Source of the DNA: Candidatus Multivoraceae bacterium
GTDB lineage: Bacteria > Acidobacteriota > Thermoanaerobaculia > Multivoradales > Multivoraceae
Assembly: GCA_965223385.1 (NCBI GenBank)
Contig: CBDCWR010000006.1
Span: forward strand, 27,369-91,368
Reading direction: 5' to 3'
DNA length: 64,000 nt
Positions within the stretch are counted from its first letter, which is position 1. Each line of letters starts with the position of its first letter. Positions 1 to 9,831 of this stretch are shown here, in pieces. A program made the position numbers and the translations under genes. The notes under the pieces were generated by a model. That model was not told the origin of the DNA, did not search any database, and saw only the letters and a list, made by a program, of their open reading frames with translations.

Positions 1-1
1 C

Positions 2-94
2 GGTCTGAGACGAGCTCTGCGTGTGTGCAGCAGAGACCACCCATGCCGCGAGCCATGCCGTGACGGCGGCCGGCTGGAGTCGAATCCGCTTCAC
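2..94 (-). CDS. Partial (5' end only) probable secreted protein running off the window edge
   Basis: GTG at 94 opens VKRIRLQPAAVTAWLAAWVVSAAHTQSSSQT, a basic-hydrophobic signal-peptide-like stretch, 10 bp behind the CoA-transferase stop. Too short to be sure. Confidence 0.35.
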   Translation of the reverse strand, partial: MKRIRLQPAAVTAWLAAWVVSAAHTQSSSQT

Positions 95-103
95 GCGGTG
101 CGC

Positions 104-1297
104 CTATTCGCCTTGTGCGACGACGCCGTCTCGGATCAGGTCGTCGATCTCGCTGGTGGAGTAGCCCGCTTCTTCGAGCACTCCTCGGCTGTGCTCGCCC
201 AGCCGCGGTGCAGGCCGCTGGATGGCACCGGGGCTGCCGTGGAAGTGCACCGGAGTGCCGGCCACTCGAAGGCGGCCGGCGGAAGAGTGCTCGACCACGG
301 GGTTCATGTCCATGGCGCCCACCTGCTCGTGCTCGAAGAACTCCTCGTGGGAGCGCAGCGCCGCGCAGGGCATCCCCGCGTCGACCAGCTTCTTCTCCAG
401 CTCGGCCGCGTTCTGTGTCCGCATGAGCGGCTCGAGGATCTCGTTGAGCTCCTCCGTGCGCTCGACGCGCTGCGGGTTCGTCTCGTACTCCGGCCGCAAC
501 GCCAGCTCCGCCATGCCGAGGGTCTCGCAGAAGATCTGCCAGAACTTGTCGGTGCCCGCCGCGATGAACATGGGGACCGTGGCGGTCTCGAACATGCGGT
601 ACGGATAGATGCCCGCGGCACCTTCGAACTCGCCGTCGAGCGGCTGGACGTACTGGTGCGACTGGATCGACATCACCGCCTGCAGGAGCGAGGTCTCGAG
701 CAGCTGCCCCTCGCCCGTGCGCTCGCGGTGAAAGAGAGCGGCGTTCACGCCGGCGAGCATCAACATGGCGGCCTGGTAGTCCGAAACGGCCACGGAATTG
801 ATCGTGGGGCGCTCCGACATGGCCGTCTGCGCGAAGGCAGAACCGCCCATGGTCTGAAGCACAGGGTCGTAGCCCGGACGGTGGCCGGCAGGGCCTCGCG
901 ACCCGAAGCCACTCGACGAAGCGTAGATGATCCTCGGGTTCACCTCGCGCAGGGACTCGTAGTCGATCTGCAGCTTCTTGGTGACCCCCGGTCGCATGTT
1001 CTCGGTGACCACGTCCGCCTGCTCGACCAGCTTGTGCACGACAGAGCGCCCCGCGTCCGTTCGGAGGTCGACCGCCAGGCTGCGCTTGTTGCGGTTCCAG
1101 CCCTGGAACATCTTGCCTTCGCCGCCGACCCACGGGCCCCAGTGTCGGCAGAGGTCGCCGCCCAGAGCTTCGACCTTGATGACGTCGGCGCCGAAGTCGC
1201 CCATCAGCATGCCGGCGAACGAGCCGGCGATGAAGCTGCAGAAGTCGACGACCCGGACGCCTTGGAGCGGCCCGGACGGGGGAGCGTGGGTGGCCAT
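104..1297 (-). CDS. Family III (CaiB/BaiF) CoA-transferase
   Basis: GPLQGVRVVDF, DFGADVIKVE, NRNKRSLAVDL, ENMRPG, GYDPVLQ, putative catalytic Asp in VSDYQA, C-terminal APRLGEH. Confidence 0.95.
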   Translation of the reverse strand: MATHAPPSGPLQGVRVVDFCSFIAGSFAGMLMGDFGADVIKVEALGGDLCRHWGPWVGGEGKMFQGWNRNKRSLAVDLRTDAGRSVVHKLVEQADVVTENMRPGVTKKLQIDYESLREVNPRIIYASSSGFGSRGPAGHRPGYDPVLQTMGGSAFAQTAMSERPTINSVAVSDYQAAMLMLAGVNAALFHRERTGEGQLLETSLLQAVMSIQSHQYVQPLDGEFEGAAGIYPYRMFETATVPMFIAAGTDKFWQIFCETLGMAELALRPEYETNPQRVERTEELNEILEPLMRTQNAAELEKKLVDAGMPCAALRSHEEFFEHEQVGAMDMNPVVEHSSAGRLRVAGTPVHFHGSPGAIQRPAPRLGEHSRGVLEEAGYSTSEIDDLIRDGVVAQGE

Positions 1298-1434
1298 GAG
1301 GTCTCCTCGCGGAAGGGAAGAGGGCGATGTGCTGGGAAGAAGGCGATTCTGTCACTGGCCTCGACCCGTCGAGGGCGAGTTTGCGGCCCTCCACGCGAGG
1401 ACGGTCGGATCGGACCGCCACGGAGAGGCGGACC

Positions 1435-2439
1435 TCAGGCGCGGAGCTCCGCGAGCAGGCCGGCCAGCTCGTCGTCGCCGAGACCTTCGGCTGCAAACCC
1501 CGTCCGTGAGATCAGGCCGTCGAAGCGCTCCTTCATCTGCGCGACCACCTGGCTCGGATGCCCGACGATGCCGATCGTCTCCACCACTTCGTTGGTGACG
1601 AGCCCGGGCGTCTCCTCGGTGCGCCCCTCCTTGTGGAGGCGGATCAGCTCGTCCTGCAGCTCACCCCAGCCGTGGATCTCGAGCACGGGGCGGTACGCGA
1701 CGGTGCGGCCGTAGAACGCGATCCGCTCGCGCAGCCGCTCGACTGCAGCGGCAAGATTCTCTTCGGTCGCGCCGACCGCGGTCATGGGCGCGTAGTCGAG
1801 CTCGAAGCCGTCCAGGGTGCGGCCGCGAGCCGCCAGCCCTTCCTCGATGGCGGGCACCGTCACCTCGCGCATGTACTTCTCGCTCGAGAACGGATGCATG
1901 ATCATGCCGTCCGCGCACTCGGCAGCCACCTTCGTCATGAGAGGCCCGGTGGCCGACAGCGCGATGCGCGGCCTCGGTCCTTCCACGTTCTCGGGCGCGA
2001 ACGTCTTCGGCATGAGCGTGTGCTGGTAGTACTCGCCGACGTACTCGAGCCGCCGGCCGTCGTACCAGGCGTCGAAGATCGCCTGCATCGCCTCGATGAA
2101 CTCCCGCATCTGGGCGGCCGCCTTGTGCCACGGCATGCTGAAACGACGCTCGATGTGCGGCCGCACCTGCGACCCCAGACCGAGAACGAATCGGCCTCCG
2201 GAGAACGCGTTGAGGTCGTGGGCCTGGAGGGCCATCGACATCGGGTTGCGCGCGAACGCGACGGCAACGGAGGTGACGAGGTCGATGCGCTCCGTGTGCT
2301 CCGCGGCAACGGCGAGCGGCAGGAACGGGTCGTGGTTGAGCTCGGCCACCCGCAGGCCGTCGTATCCGAGCCTCTCGAGACGCTGGGCTTCGGCGCCGAT
2401 GTGGTCGAGCGAGGCGGATGCCGAGGCGTCGATCTTCAT
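1435..2439 (-). CDS. LLM-class (luciferase-like, probably F420-dependent) oxidoreductase
   Basis: AELNHDPFLPL, VAFARNPM, SGGRFVLGLGSQVRPHIERRFS, ADGMIMHPF. Confidence 0.9.
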   Translation of the reverse strand: MKIDASASASLDHIGAEAQRLERLGYDGLRVAELNHDPFLPLAVAAEHTERIDLVTSVAVAFARNPMSMALQAHDLNAFSGGRFVLGLGSQVRPHIERRFSMPWHKAAAQMREFIEAMQAIFDAWYDGRRLEYVGEYYQHTLMPKTFAPENVEGPRPRIALSATGPLMTKVAAECADGMIMHPFSSEKYMREVTVPAIEEGLAARGRTLDGFELDYAPMTAVGATEENLAAAVERLRERIAFYGRTVAYRPVLEIHGWGELQDELIRLHKEGRTEETPGLVTNEVVETIGIVGHPSQVVAQMKERFDGLISRTGFAAEGLGDDELAGLLAELRA

Positions 2440-2463
2440 CCGATGTGCTCCGCTGTCGGGAGG

Positions 2464-3852
2464 CTAGCCGGCGGCTTCGCCTTCGTTTGCGATCTCGACC
2501 ACCAGAGCGATGAATGCCTCGGCGAGGCGCTCCGTTTTCGGCAGATCGACCGAGTCGGGCCAGCGGTCGAGGGGGGAGTGGAACTGGCCGTTGGCGCCGA
2601 GCAGCGAGATGAAGCGGCCGCCGCCGTCGTGGATCTCGCGCGCCTCCCCGAACGGCCGCGTCTCGACCTCGGTGACGACGTCGGGCGGCACCTCGCGCGC
2701 GGCCATCGCGCCTCGGGCCCGGTCGAGGAGCTCCGGCGACGACGCCTGGATCCGCACGGCAGGGCCGACGGCTGCAGCGAAGTTGGCGCCGAGGTGCAGC
2801 CAGAGGTGGGCGTGTGCGATGCGGTCGTGGTTCTTCTCGAGGTAGTGATCGAGCCCCACGTGCCCGAGCTCGTGGCCCGTGGAGGCCACGAAGTGCACGG
2901 TACGACGCGGCGGCTCGGCGGCAAGGGTGCGCAGGATCTCCACCCAGAGGGCGATGCCGCCACCGCGCTCCGAAGCGACTTCCCACCAGCCGCTGCGCGG
3001 TGTCATTACCACGAGCGGTGCCGCACTGGGCTCGCGCCCCGTGACGCTGGCCTCGACGTTGTAGATCGAGGTTGGCGTGCGCTTGGTCTGCACCACGACG
3101 CGCCCCACCAGCCGCTGCTCGCGGGCCCGGACGAGCGCGGGGCCCGCGCCGCTCGGGAGCTGCAGCACCGGAATGCCGTAGGGGTCGGAGAAGCGGTCGG
3201 CGTTGATCAGCGCGTAGCCGGGCGGCTGCGCGCGCACGAGCGGCCCCTCGGGCATGTCGAACGCGTCCCCGCCCGTGACGACCACCAGTGCGCGGTGCTC
3301 CGACCGGGTGCGAATCTCGTGGAACTCGGGCCAGTACTGCACGGTCGCCGGGTAGCGGGCCACGGCGATCGGCGTGCCGTGCTCGGGCCGGCCCAGCTCG
3401 CCCCGCACGCCTTCGGCGTCGGTGAAGGTGGCGCTGTCGACGAGCGGGATGCCGTCGTAGCGCGCCGTGCCGCCGTACTCGTTGGTCACCTCGAGATAGG
3501 CGGCCACCGTGTCGACCCGCTCGAACGGCAAGGAGTCGAGAACCGGTTCGACTCCTGCCTCGCGGACGAGGCCAGCCAGCCAGTGGGCGGACGCCGTGTC
3601 GACCTCGGTTCCCGTGCGGTGCACGCCCTGCGCGTCGTACTCGCGAATGGTGCGTGCGATCCGGCCGCGCAGACTCGTCAGATCGTCGTTCTGCATCGTG
3701 GGCTCCGGGTCGGCTGTGGGGCCCTCGCCGGCACACGCGAGGGCCGCCAGCACGAGGAGTGCGCCGGCGGCTCGCGCCGCGACGTCCAGGGCCCGCGCGC
3801 TCCTCCCGCGGCGGGGCAGGTGGCGGGCCACGGCAGGGGACAAGGCCCTCAT
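2464..3852 (-). CDS. Lipoprotein with M28/Zn-exopeptidase-like fold
   Basis: Lipobox LAALAC; HRTGT, NVEA...LVVMTPRSGW, GHELGHVG, HLGAN, FHSPLD resemble M28 peptidase motifs with altered metal ligands. ATGA overlap with the upstream gene. Confidence 0.7.
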   Translation of the reverse strand: MRALSPAVARHLPRRGRSARALDVAARAAGALLVLAALACAGEGPTADPEPTMQNDDLTSLRGRIARTIREYDAQGVHRTGTEVDTASAHWLAGLVREAGVEPVLDSLPFERVDTVAAYLEVTNEYGGTARYDGIPLVDSATFTDAEGVRGELGRPEHGTPIAVARYPATVQYWPEFHEIRTRSEHRALVVVTGGDAFDMPEGPLVRAQPPGYALINADRFSDPYGIPVLQLPSGAGPALVRAREQRLVGRVVVQTKRTPTSIYNVEASVTGREPSAAPLVVMTPRSGWWEVASERGGGIALWVEILRTLAAEPPRRTVHFVASTGHELGHVGLDHYLEKNHDRIAHAHLWLHLGANFAAAVGPAVRIQASSPELLDRARGAMAAREVPPDVVTEVETRPFGEAREIHDGGGRFISLLGANGQFHSPLDRWPDSVDLPKTERLAEAFIALVVEIANEGEAAG

Positions 3853-4712
3853 GCGGCCAGCTCCGCGAGCGCCTCGAGGCGGGTGCGGCTCCCGGGCTTC
3901 TGCGTGTCGCCGTGGAACGGGCTGAGGATCACGCGGTCGGAGCCGGCGTCCAGGTAGTCCTGGATGCGTCGCCGCACGTGCGCAGTGTCGCCGAAGGCGC
4001 CGATCTGGTCGACCAGCTCGTCGCCGCGGCTGGTGTCCAGGCCGAAGTGGGCCCAGGCTCGGTGGTACGCCGACAGCTCCATGTACATCGCGAGGCCCTT
4101 GTGTGCCGACTGGAGGGCACGCTCCCGATCGTCGTTCAGGCAGAACGGCAGCACGGTGAGCAGGGGCTTGTCACCCAGGGCCGCCTTCGCGCGCTCGCCG
4201 TGCGCGGGCGGCATGAGGTAGCCGAGGGCACCGTCGGCGAGATCCGCGGCGGCGCGGAGGAGCAGGGGGCCGTGGGCCGCGACGTAGATCGGGGCCGCCT
4301 GTGACGGCGGCACGCTCTGCACGTCGGTTGCGCGGATCGCCTCCAGGTAGGAGCGCATCTTCTTCGCGGGCGGCACCCACTCGTGCCCGCGGGCGGCGGC
4401 GAAGTGCGGGTGGGAGACGCCGAACCCCATCGCAAAGCGCCCGCCCGAGAGCTCGGCCAGCGTCTGGGCGCTCTGCGCCGCCGCCATGGCGTCGCGGGCG
4501 TACACGTTGGCGATCCCGGTGGCCACCTGCAGTCGCTCGGTGCGCGCGAGAAGCCAGCTGGCGGTGGTGAACGGCTCGCGACCCATCAGCTCCGGCAGCC
4601 AGATCGAGCCGTAGCCCATGGCCTCGATCTGCTGCACGTAGCCCTCCAGTTGTGCGCGCGGCTGCGCGTCGGTGAGGGAGATGATGCCGAGCGCGGAGAT
4701 GTCGAGAGTCAT
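3849..4712 (-). CDS. LLM-class flavin/F420-dependent oxidoreductase
   Basis: GYGSIWLPE, VATGIANVYARD, GGRFAMGFGVSH, AAHGP...ADGA. Confidence 0.9.
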   Translation of the reverse strand: MTLDISALGIISLTDAQPRAQLEGYVQQIEAMGYGSIWLPELMGREPFTTASWLLARTERLQVATGIANVYARDAMAAAQSAQTLAELSGGRFAMGFGVSHPHFAAARGHEWVPPAKKMRSYLEAIRATDVQSVPPSQAAPIYVAAHGPLLLRAAADLADGALGYLMPPAHGERAKAALGDKPLLTVLPFCLNDDRERALQSAHKGLAMYMELSAYHRAWAHFGLDTSRGDELVDQIGAFGDTAHVRRRIQDYLDAGSDRVILSPFHGDTQKPGSRTRLEALAELAA

Positions 4713-4845
4713 GCCGGGTCCTCGTGGTGCCTTGACACTCTCTCATTGCGCGTCCTTTCGTAGGTGAGCCTTGCCACGGCGTGACGTGGGACTCGGCGGC
4801 CGCGGGTCGGAGACGCGGCGGCTGCGCTCTTCATAGACTCGGCGG

Positions 4846-5382
4846 ATGCCCCACGTGTTCGAGCACGCGCCGAGCGGGCGCTCCAAGTGCCGCGGCTGCG
4901 GCCAGGCGATCGCGAAGGACGACCTGCGCTTCGGAGAGAGCGTCGAGAACCCCTACGGCGAGGGGGACCGCATCCTGTGGTTTCACCCCACGTGCGCGGC
5001 GCTCAAACGCCCGGAGCCTTTCCTCGAGGCCGTGGAGCACGGTGCGCCCGAGATCGACGGCCTGGACGAGCTCCGGAGCGAAGCGTCCCTCGGAGTGAGC
5101 CATCGCCGGCTCCCGCGGATCGACGGTGCCGAGCGCTCGCCCACGGGGCGGGCGCGCTGCCGCTCGTGCCGTGAGCTCATCGAAAAGGACGCCTGGCGTA
5201 TCCGCCTGGTGTGGTGGGAGGAGGCGCGCTTTTCGCCGTCGGGCTTCATCCATGCCCAGTGCGCCAGGGAGTTCTTCGAGACGGATCAGATCGGCGCTCG
5301 CGTCGCGCACTTTTCGTCGGGTCTCGGTGACGACGACGTGGCCGAGGTGGAGCAGCTCGCGAAGGACGGCACAGCCTCGTAG
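4846..5382 (+). CDS. Tandem PARP-type zinc-finger protein (stand-alone)
   Basis: Two CxxC...HxxC units: EHAPSGRSKCRGC...WFHPTC and ERSPTGRARCRSC...FIHAQC, matching the zf-PARP pattern E-x-A/S-x-S/T-GR-x-x-CxxC...HxxC. Confidence 0.85.
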   Translation: MPHVFEHAPSGRSKCRGCGQAIAKDDLRFGESVENPYGEGDRILWFHPTCAALKRPEPFLEAVEHGAPEIDGLDELRSEASLGVSHRRLPRIDGAERSPTGRARCRSCRELIEKDAWRIRLVWWEEARFSPSGFIHAQCAREFFETDQIGARVAHFSSGLGDDDVAEVEQLAKDGTAS

Positions 5383-5409
5383 CCGGGTCCCTGCCGATAG
5401 AGTCCCGGC

Positions 5410-6981
5410 ATGGACTCCAAGAACCCGACCCGGCGTGACGTCATCCAGGCGGTGGCGGGTGCGGCGGCTGCAGGCTCGCTCATCGCCTGCACCACACCCG
5501 ACGCGTCCACCGACGCCCCTGCGAGAAAGGCCGATCTCATGACCGAGCAACCGCTGCACTACAAGACGCTGTCCGAGGTGGCGGCACGCATCGAGCGCGG
5601 CGAGCTCACGTCGGTGGAGGTGACCGAAGCGCAGCTGCAGCGGATCGAAGCCCTCGAGCCGAAACTCCACTCCTACATCACCGTGATGCGCGACTACGCG
5701 CTCGAACGGGCCGCGGCGGCGGACGCGCAGAGCGCGGAGGGTGCGCCCCGTGGGGCGCTCCACGGAGTGCCCATCGCAGTGAAGGACCTCTGCCACAAGA
5801 CCGGCTTCCCGACCACAGCCGGCCACTCGTTCCGTCGCGACCACGTGGCGACCGAAGACGCGACGGTCGTCGAACGGCTCGAAGCGGCAGGGGCCGTGCT
5901 GCTGGGCAAGCTGGCGACCACCGAAGGCGCGATGGTGGGCTACCACCGCGACTTCGGCGTCCCGCGCAATCCATGGGGTGATCTCGATCGCTGGCCCGGC
6001 GTTTCGTCGGGCGGCTCGGGCGTGGCGACGGCCGCAGGCCTCTGCTATGCCTCGCTCGGCACAGACACCGGGGGCTCGATCCGCTTCCCGTCGGCCGCCA
6101 ACGGCATCGTCGGGCTGAAACCCACATGGGGGCGCGTGAGCCGTCGCGGGGTTCTCGACCTCGGGCCCACCTTCGACCACATCGGACCGATGGTGCGCAG
6201 CGTCCGCGATGCGGCGCGCGTGCTCGGCGTCATCGCGGGGCGGGACCCGGAGGAGCCCACGTCGCTGCCGGATGTGGTGCCCGACTACGAGACCGACATG
6301 GAGCGGGGAGTCGCCGGCCTCCGCATCGGCTGGGACGAGACGTACGCAACGCAGGACGTCAGCCCGGAGGTCGCGGCCGCGGTGCGCGGTGCGGTGGAGC
6401 AGCTGGCTGGGCTCGGCGCGGAGATCGTCGAGGTGACCATGCCCGCCATCCCCGACGAAGAGGCCAACGCCTGGTCGGTGCTCGCCGCCGTGGAGGCGGC
6501 GGCCGTACACGAGGCGACCTACCCTTCGCGGGCCGACGAGTACGGGGAGTACTTCCGCGCCTTTCTGGCGGGTGGCCATGCCACTTCGCAGATCGACTTC
6601 GCCAAGGCCACGTTCCTTCGCCGGAACGCGGCGGGGCGCGTTGCGCCCGTCTTCCAGGGCATCGACCTGATGCTCTCGCCCACCCTCGCCGACGAGAGCT
6701 TCCGCTACGACCCGGAGCAGGCCTACGGCGGAATCGACGCCGAGAACGGCGTGCTCGCGGGCGTGCCGCTCTCGTGGTTCGCGCGCAGCACCCGCTTCGT
6801 CGGCATCTGGGACTACAACGGCTACCCGACGCTTTCGGTGCCCTGCGGGTTCTCCCCCGACGGCATCCCGTTGAGCCTGCAGTTCGTCGGCCCGCCGCTC
6901 AGCGAAAGTGCCCTCTGCCGGGCGGGTCATGCGTACGAGCAGGCGAATGACGTGCACCTGCAGCACCCCGATCTGAGCTGA
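5410..6981 (+). CDS. Amidase signature family protein with Tat/lipoprotein leader
   Basis: GVPIAVKDL, GVSSGGSG, GTDTGGSIRFPS (Lys-Ser-Ser triad). N-terminal TRRDVI...LIAC. Confidence 0.93.
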   Translation: MDSKNPTRRDVIQAVAGAAAAGSLIACTTPDASTDAPARKADLMTEQPLHYKTLSEVAARIERGELTSVEVTEAQLQRIEALEPKLHSYITVMRDYALERAAAADAQSAEGAPRGALHGVPIAVKDLCHKTGFPTTAGHSFRRDHVATEDATVVERLEAAGAVLLGKLATTEGAMVGYHRDFGVPRNPWGDLDRWPGVSSGGSGVATAAGLCYASLGTDTGGSIRFPSAANGIVGLKPTWGRVSRRGVLDLGPTFDHIGPMVRSVRDAARVLGVIAGRDPEEPTSLPDVVPDYETDMERGVAGLRIGWDETYATQDVSPEVAAAVRGAVEQLAGLGAEIVEVTMPAIPDEEANAWSVLAAVEAAAVHEATYPSRADEYGEYFRAFLAGGHATSQIDFAKATFLRRNAAGRVAPVFQGIDLMLSPTLADESFRYDPEQAYGGIDAENGVLAGVPLSWFARSTRFVGIWDYNGYPTLSVPCGFSPDGIPLSLQFVGPPLSESALCRAGHAYEQANDVHLQHPDLS

Positions 6982-7004
6982 GCGAAGGAGGCTAGTTCGG
7001 CTCG

Positions 7005-9743
7005 ATGGCTCTCAACCCAGGGGACCGAATTGCGCAGTACGAGGTTCAGGGGCTCCTGGGCTCCGGAGGAATGGGCGAGGTCTACCTTGCGCGCGATACC
7101 GAGCTCGGCAGAGAGGTGGCGATCAAGATCGTCCGCGACGACGTTGTGCACGGCTCGATCAAGTCGCGACTGCAGCGCGAAGCGCGCGTGCTGGCCAGCT
7201 TGAATCATCCGAACGTCGCGACCCTCTACGGACTCGAGCAGGAGGCTGGTCAGAGCCTCCTCGTGATGGAGGTGGTCGCCGGCGGTAGCTTGGCTGAGCG
7301 GCTCGAGGGCGGCCCACTTTCGTCATCTCAGACCATCGCCGTTTTTGCACAGGTCGCCGATGCCTTGGCCTCGGCACACTCGGCCGGTGTGGTGCACCGG
7401 GACCTCAAGCCGAGCAACATCTGCCTTTCCGAAGACGACCAGGTCAAAGTGCTCGACTTCGGCCTCGCCAAAGACCCTCGCGGGGTTGGTCGTGCAGAGT
7501 CCTCTGGAGAGACCTCTCAGATGTCGACTCTTACGCATCTGACCCAGGCTGGTCAGGTTTTGGGTACCGCCGGGTACGTGTCGCCCGAGGGGGCGACTGG
7601 ACAGCCGGTGGACTGGCGCTCTGATATTTGGGCCTTCGGCTGCTGCCTCTACGAGTGCTTGGTCGGGGATCGACCTTTCGAAGGGCGTTCGGTTCAGGAG
7701 ACCCTCGGTGCTGTCGTGACAAGAGATCCTTGCTGGGCCAAGTTGCCCAGAGATCTCGATCCGGGTCTCGCCACCATCATCCGACGGTGCCTCGAGAAGG
7801 ACCCTCGTCGCCGATTGCAGAGCTTGGCTGACGCCCGGATCCAGCTCTTGGAAGTGGCTTCGCCTCCAGCATCGATCGCACCCCAGGAGCGAACGGCCGC
7901 ACTGCCGGCAGCAGCTCGACGAGGTGGCGTGAGCGTCACCCGCGCCGCGATTGGCGTGGGTCTACTCCTGGCAACCGGGTTCCTGTTGCGTGATCTGTAC
8001 TCTGCGTCGAGCGAGCAGACCACAGCGCCGGTCCATCTCTCGTTTCAAGTTCCCGGGAACATCCCCCTGCGAACTGTCTCCGACTCTCCCAACGTGCAGG
8101 TGTCACGCGAGGGCGACCAGGTGTTCCTGTTGGCGGGTCGCGGTCGGCATCGACAGATATACCGGCGTTCCCTCGCCAGTTCCGATCTGGTGCCGATACC
8201 GGGCACCAGCGGTGCAGACGACCTTGCGTTTGCGCCGTCTCCTGACGGAGCGGAGCTAGCGTTCGTCCGAGACGGTCGCCTTCAGCGTCTGCTGATCGAT
8301 GGCGGAATTGCTACGGAGATCGCAAAGATCAGCACCATCGACCCCGACTTCTTCTCGTGCTTCTGGGCGGACGATGGGCAGATCTACTTCACCTTCGGCA
8401 ATGCGGGGAACTGGACGATTCACCGAGTCTCGAGGGATGGTGGCGTTCCGGAAAGACTGTCGAAGCTGGACACCCGCCGCGGTGAGATCGGACACACCGA
8501 CCCGTTCGTCTTGCCCGGAGCGGAGGTGTTGCTCTACTCCGCCAAGCAAAGGAGTGCACAACACTCCGACATTTGGATGCTGCGGCTCGCGACGGGTGAG
8601 ACCTCCTTGCTGGTGGAAGATGGTCATCATCCTGTCGTGACCTCGACAGGGCACCTCGTGTTCAGCCGAGGCGCAACGATCTTTGCTGCCGCGCTCGATT
8701 CGAGGAAGCGGACGGTCGGTCGGACCGTACCGGTGGCGGCGGCCGTTGAGTCCGCTGCACTTGCGCGGGCCGCACTCTTCTCGATCTCTGAGGGTGGGAC
8801 CTTGGCTTACGTGAAGCAAGGCCAGATCTACAACCGCCGCCTCGCTTGGTTAGACCGAGATGGGGCCACCAGCTACCTTGGGGTCGAGGCGGATCGGTAC
8901 CACTCTGTTGGGCTATCGCGAGATGGAGCATGGGCGACCCTGGGAAGGCTCGCGGTCGGGGACGTCGTACGTGAGGACCTCGTCATCGTTGCGCTCGAGC
9001 GTGTGCGTAGAGAGATCCTGCTCTCCGATGGGAGCATCAACAACTATCCGCTCTTCTCGCCTGACGGGAGTGAGGTTGCCTACACATCCAACAGCGAAGG
9101 CCAATGGAACCTGTTCACGGTGAGTGTCTCGGGAGATCAAGAGCCAAGGCGGCTGACCACCTCCACGATGATCCAGGAGCCCGTCTCCTGGTCGCCGGAT
9201 GGCCGCTATCTCGCCTATCGAGAGGACTTCGGAGACGGGAAGACCGACCTCTTTGCGCTCCCGCTCCGGGGTGATGAACTGCCGATTCCAATCTCGGTCG
9301 TACCCGAGCACTTCGAGGCCAGCGCGTCGTTCTCGCCCGACGGACGTTGGGTCGCGTACAGTTCAGATCGCGACGGCCGTCAAGAGGTCTATGCGAAGCC
9401 GTTCCCAGCATCTCCAGGGCAGAGGCCGATCAAGGTCTCGGTGAATGGCGGTTGGTACCCGGTTTGGTCATCCAAGGGAGACGAGCTCTTCTTTCGAGAC
9501 CTCGAAGGAAGCGCAGTGATGGCCGTGGCCGTGAGTCCCGGCTCGAGTCCGCGTTTCGGAGCGCCGCGGGTGCTGTTCGAAGATCAACAGATGTATCTTC
9601 CTGGACCGTTTCGTGAACCGGATTTCGATGTAGCACCTGATGGCCGGTTCATTGCTCTCGTCACGGACGAGAGCAGCTCGACCACGGTCGAGGTGATTCA
9701 AAACTGGCTCAAGGTGCTCGAAGAGCACGTTCCTTCTAGCTGA
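7005..9743 (+). CDS. Hanks-type Ser/Thr protein kinase with TM segment and C-terminal TolB-like (PD40) beta-propeller
   Basis: GSGGMG, VAIK, HRDLKPSN, DFG, GTAGYVSPE; hydrophobic AAIGVGLLLATGFLL; repeated SPDG motifs. Confidence 0.95.
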   Translation: MALNPGDRIAQYEVQGLLGSGGMGEVYLARDTELGREVAIKIVRDDVVHGSIKSRLQREARVLASLNHPNVATLYGLEQEAGQSLLVMEVVAGGSLAERLEGGPLSSSQTIAVFAQVADALASAHSAGVVHRDLKPSNICLSEDDQVKVLDFGLAKDPRGVGRAESSGETSQMSTLTHLTQAGQVLGTAGYVSPEGATGQPVDWRSDIWAFGCCLYECLVGDRPFEGRSVQETLGAVVTRDPCWAKLPRDLDPGLATIIRRCLEKDPRRRLQSLADARIQLLEVASPPASIAPQERTAALPAAARRGGVSVTRAAIGVGLLLATGFLLRDLYSASSEQTTAPVHLSFQVPGNIPLRTVSDSPNVQVSREGDQVFLLAGRGRHRQIYRRSLASSDLVPIPGTSGADDLAFAPSPDGAELAFVRDGRLQRLLIDGGIATEIAKISTIDPDFFSCFWADDGQIYFTFGNAGNWTIHRVSRDGGVPERLSKLDTRRGEIGHTDPFVLPGAEVLLYSAKQRSAQHSDIWMLRLATGETSLLVEDGHHPVVTSTGHLVFSRGATIFAAALDSRKRTVGRTVPVAAAVESAALARAALFSISEGGTLAYVKQGQIYNRRLAWLDRDGATSYLGVEADRYHSVGLSRDGAWATLGRLAVGDVVREDLVIVALERVRREILLSDGSINNYPLFSPDGSEVAYTSNSEGQWNLFTVSVSGDQEPRRLTTSTMIQEPVSWSPDGRYLAYREDFGDGKTDLFALPLRGDELPIPISVVPEHFEASASFSPDGRWVAYSSDRDGRQEVYAKPFPASPGQRPIKVSVNGGWYPVWSSKGDELFFRDLEGSAVMAVAVSPGSSPRFGAPRVLFEDQQMYLPGPFREPDFDVAPDGRFIALVTDESSSTTVEVIQNWLKVLEEHVPSS

Positions 9744-9831
9744 GACCGCGAGACCGACACCTCGCTTGCCTGAGAGGCACACCCACGATAGGGCTCCATG
9801 GAGCACCAGGAGTGGACGAGACCGCAGGCCC

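Noticed and set aside
23-3957. Very long antisense ORFs (e.g. 23-1714 +, 1558-3957 +; likewise 4831-6966 -, 19789-21828 +, 26703-28793 +, 42214-44127 -)
   Set aside because: Shadow frames opposite well-supported genes, as expected from high GC3 codon bias.
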